Source: an uncultured delta proteobacterium
Lineage (GTDB): Bacteria > Myxococcota_A > Polyangia > Polyangiales > B10-G4
DNA length: 64,000 nt
Direction of reading: 5' to 3'
NCBI GenBank assembly: GCA_963727445.1
Contig: CAVSGI010000008.1
Location: forward strand, 320,001 to 384,000
The notes under the pieces are model-generated. The model was not told where the DNA came from and searched no databases. It saw only the letters and a program-made list of their open reading frames with translations. The position numbers were made by a program, and so were the translations under genes. This document shows, piece by piece, positions 61,187 through 64,000 of the stretch (position 1 is its first letter; each line of letters begins with the position of its first letter).

Positions 61187-62317
61187 ATGGACCTTCAGGG
61201 ACAGAACGGCCTGATGCACACCTATCGCGAGGGGTGGCGCAGCCGCGGTCCGCTCGGCATCGCGATCGCGGTCGGCCTCATTGGCTTCTATCTCGTGCTC
61301 TATTTCGAAGACAAGCTCGAGCGCTACGCGGGGCTTCGCCCCTTGTCCGATCTCGCGGAGCATCTGGGCCTGCGCAACCGCTGGTACCTCTATGGGCTGC
61401 TCTACTCCGTCGCGATGATCGGCGGCGCCGTCTACTACCTCCGTCGCCACGGCAACAGCCGCTACAACCGCGTTCGCATCGCGGTCAACGTGGGCGTCCA
61501 GGTGGTGCTGGCGTTTCTGCTGCCCTTCGTGATGCCGCTCTTCGGCGGCACCGAGTTCTACGCGAGCTACTTCTGGCCGCTGAAGTACGACTACTTCTAC
61601 CCCAGCACCCTCGCCGACCTGCCCGTGTACCTGGCCGTCTACACCGTCGTCGGCTCCCTGATCGCCGCCCCCATCCTCGCGCTCTTCTACGGGAAGCGCT
61701 GGTATTGCTCCTGGGTCTGCGGCTGCGGCGGGCTGGCCAACACCTTCGGCGACCCCTTCCGTCACCTCACCAGCAAGTCCACACGGAGCTGGCGCTTCGA
61801 GCTGTACTCGATCCACACGGTTCTCGCGCTCACCCTCGTCACCACCGCGCTCATCGCGATCGACTACCTCGCTGGCGAGGCTCACCCGACCTTCCACGCC
61901 TTCGTCTCCGGGCAGCGCTGGGACGACTGGTCGCTGAAGTACCTCTATGGCCTGGTGGTGGGCTCCATCCTCGCCGGCGTGGTGGGCGTCGGCTTCTATC
62001 CGCTCTTCGGCCCGCGGGTCTGGTGTCGCAACTTCTGCCCGATGGCGGCGCTGCTGGGCTGGGTGCAGAAGCTCGGACGCTTCCGGATCCGCGTGAAGCC
62101 CGACATGTGCATCAGCTGCGGCAACTGCACGACGTACTGCGAGATGGGCATCGACGTCCGGAGCTACGCGCAGGCCAACGAGAGCTTCACCCGCGCCGCC
62201 TGCGTCGGCTGTGGGATGTGCGCCCACGTCTGTCCGCGCGGCGTCCTCAAGCTCGAGAACAGGGCGCCTGCGCATCCGGACGAGAAGAAGCGACGGCTAC
62301 CGATCGCCGATTTCTGA
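61187..62317 (+). CDS. Membrane 4Fe-4S binding protein (NapH/MauN-like polyferredoxin)
   Basis: Multi-TM; RWYCSWVCGCG, RVWCRNFCP, CISCGNCTTYC, CVGCGMCAHVCP. Confidence 0.9.
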   Translation: MDLQGQNGLMHTYREGWRSRGPLGIAIAVGLIGFYLVLYFEDKLERYAGLRPLSDLAEHLGLRNRWYLYGLLYSVAMIGGAVYYLRRHGNSRYNRVRIAVNVGVQVVLAFLLPFVMPLFGGTEFYASYFWPLKYDYFYPSTLADLPVYLAVYTVVGSLIAAPILALFYGKRWYCSWVCGCGGLANTFGDPFRHLTSKSTRSWRFELYSIHTVLALTLVTTALIAIDYLAGEAHPTFHAFVSGQRWDDWSLKYLYGLVVGSILAGVVGVGFYPLFGPRVWCRNFCPMAALLGWVQKLGRFRIRVKPDMCISCGNCTTYCEMGIDVRSYAQANESFTRAACVGCGMCAHVCPRGVLKLENRAPAHPDEKKRRLPIADF

Positions 62318-64000
62318 CGGTGCGCTCGGCGAAAAGTCGCCGAGGCGACGCTTTGCCTCGATGAGAATGATCGCGTTCGCGTCGATGTTCTCGAGGAAGC
62401 TCCGGCGCATCTCGGGATCGGCGATGTTCGAAGCGCGAGAGAGCAGGCGGGCCCGCGCGGCGGCGAGCACCTCCTCCGCCGCCTTCGTGCTGCCGGACGC
62501 ATCCAGGGCGCGGTAGAGGCCGAGTCGGGCGAGTCCCTCTCCGCGACCGGCTTGAGCCAGCGCCTTCGACACCACCCCCGTCAGGATTTCGATCGCCTCG
62601 GTGTACCGCCCCAGCTCCACCAGCACCGTGCCGAGAATGCCGCTCGAAAAGAGGGCGGCCACGGCTTCTGGCTCCACACCGGCGATGTTCTCGCGGGCGG
62701 CTTCGGCGGCCTCCTCGCGGCGTCCCGCTCGCCACAAGCAGAACGCGTAGTAGCCCTGGGCCACGCGCTGGGTGAAGTAGTCGCCGCTCTCTTTGGCCTC
62801 GAAGAGGATCTTCTGGATCATCGGCATCGCGGGCCCCACCTCACCGATCAGAACGCTGACGTGCGCGAGCTGAAGCTCCGCGTGACGAAGAGTCTGCGTA
62901 TCGGAGACCTCGTCCGCGATCTTCCGCGCGCGTGACAGCAACTCGATCGCGCGATCGTAGTAGCCGAGCTCGGTGAAGCCGAAGGCCATCGCCACCAATT
63001 GCCACGCCGCCTTTCCTCGCTCGCCGAGCCGTTCGAAGGCAGCGTAGGCCGCGGCGCAGTTCTCGATGTGATATTCGAGGTCACCGTGTGTGTAAGCGAG
63101 CCGAGCGCGCACGGTCCCGAGAGCAGCGATCGCCCATGGCTCGCCCGACTCCCCGAACGCGCTCTCCATGCGCTCGATGAGCGACTGCGCCAGCTGCTCG
63201 GGCCCGTTGTTGATGAGGTTGAAGGTGGTCGACGCGAGGGCGCTCGCGAGCGCAGGCGTCCGCAGCACCTCCGTGGGCGCCTCGGCCAGCGCCCTGGCGT
63301 CGTCGGGCGCGTCCGACGCACGGCGCACGGTCCGCGCGGCGACTCGTTCACCGAGCACCGCCCACCACTCTGGGCTCTTTTCGGGAAGCGCTCCGAGCGC
63401 CGCGGTGAAGCGCTCTTCGGCCTCGTCGAGCTGACCCAGCTTGACGTGTGCGCGACCCGCGAGGGCGAGCAACGGTCCGTGCGTCCACTCGTCGGCGCCA
63501 ATCTCGAGGGCACGCCCGACGCGGCTGAGCACCGCCATCGGGTCGTTGGCTGCCCACGCTTCGCCAGCGGCCTTGAGGAGCTGCTTCGCGGCCTCCGCGC
63601 GACGGTCGGCGTGGATCAGATGGTGGGCGAGGACGTCGGGCTCGGGATCGTCGCGCGCCGCTTCGAAGTCCGCCGCGAGGGTGTGCCCCGCCACCCGGTC
63701 TTCGGCGGAGAGCGACGCGTAGGCCGCGTCACGGAAGAGACTCTGACGGAAGCGATAGGCGTGCGCGTCCGACTCCCGATTGGTTCCGAGGGGGCGGATG
63801 ATCTCGGCGCGCACCAACGCCGAAAGCGCCCCCTCGAGCTCCTGACGATCGAACCCCACCCCGAGCAGACTCCCCACGCCCTCCACCCGGAAGGTCTCGC
63901 CGAAGATGCTCGCGGCCCGGACCACCGCGCGGAGCTTGGGGTCGAGGCGCTCGAGGCGCGAGGACAACACCGTCGCCAGCGACGCGGGGAGCATCCCTTC
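62297..64000 (-). CDS. C-terminal part of a large STAND-type ATPase/TPR protein (partial)
   Basis: LPASLATVLSSRLERL...AASIFGETF...YRFRQSLFRDAAYASL followed by TPR-like helices; runs off the window end. Confidence 0.8.
   Translation of the reverse strand, partial: EGMLPASLATVLSSRLERLDPKLRAVVRAASIFGETFRVEGVGSLLGVGFDRQELEGALSALVRAEIIRPLGTNRESDAHAYRFRQSLFRDAAYASLSAEDRVAGHTLAADFEAARDDPEPDVLAHHLIHADRRAEAAKQLLKAAGEAWAANDPMAVLSRVGRALEIGADEWTHGPLLALAGRAHVKLGQLDEAEERFTAALGALPEKSPEWWAVLGERVAARTVRRASDAPDDARALAEAPTEVLRTPALASALASTTFNLINNGPEQLAQSLIERMESAFGESGEPWAIAALGTVRARLAYTHGDLEYHIENCAAAYAAFERLGERGKAAWQLVAMAFGFTELGYYDRAIELLSRARKIADEVSDTQTLRHAELQLAHVSVLIGEVGPAMPMIQKILFEAKESGDYFTQRVAQGYYAFCLWRAGRREEAAEAARENIAGVEPEAVAALFSSGILGTVLVELGRYTEAIEILTGVVSKALAQAGRGEGLARLGLYRALDASGSTKAAEEVLAAARARLLSRASNIADPEMRRSFLENIDANAIILIEAKRRLGDFSPSAPSEIGDR

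Overview
High-GC (about 70% by eye) bacterial DNA. Its many Cys-rich lipoproteins, MYXO-CTERM-like tails, DUF2330 protein and Hanks-type kinase point to Myxococcota, probably Polyangia; this taxonomy is an inference. About 48 genes are tightly packed and many appear leaderless. I found no rRNA, tRNA, CRISPR array or transposase. Five highlights: (1) a roughly 1.85 kb gene-free, hairpin-dense region at 190-2045. It reads as a very large structured ncRNA on the minus strand, with a candidate promoter, a terminator and a DnaA-box cluster just upstream. (2) Two tandem Asp-rich lipoprotein-like peptides carrying four copies of an ANL(L/I)xPPxD core, followed by a ferritin-like diiron enzyme; this is a candidate RiPP-like modification system. 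(3) A GH3-ino1-DegT aminotransferase-flippase-MMPL cluster with a divergent ALDH and GMC oxidoreductase, a candidate N-acyl-aminocyclitol lipid pathway. (4) Four of six apparent frameshifts repair by reading GATTC/GAATC as GATC, which suggests basecalling errors at a modified motif. (5) A roughly 120 bp intergenic palindrome beside a hexamer microsatellite. All functional calls come from motif recognition by eye; no database searches were run.
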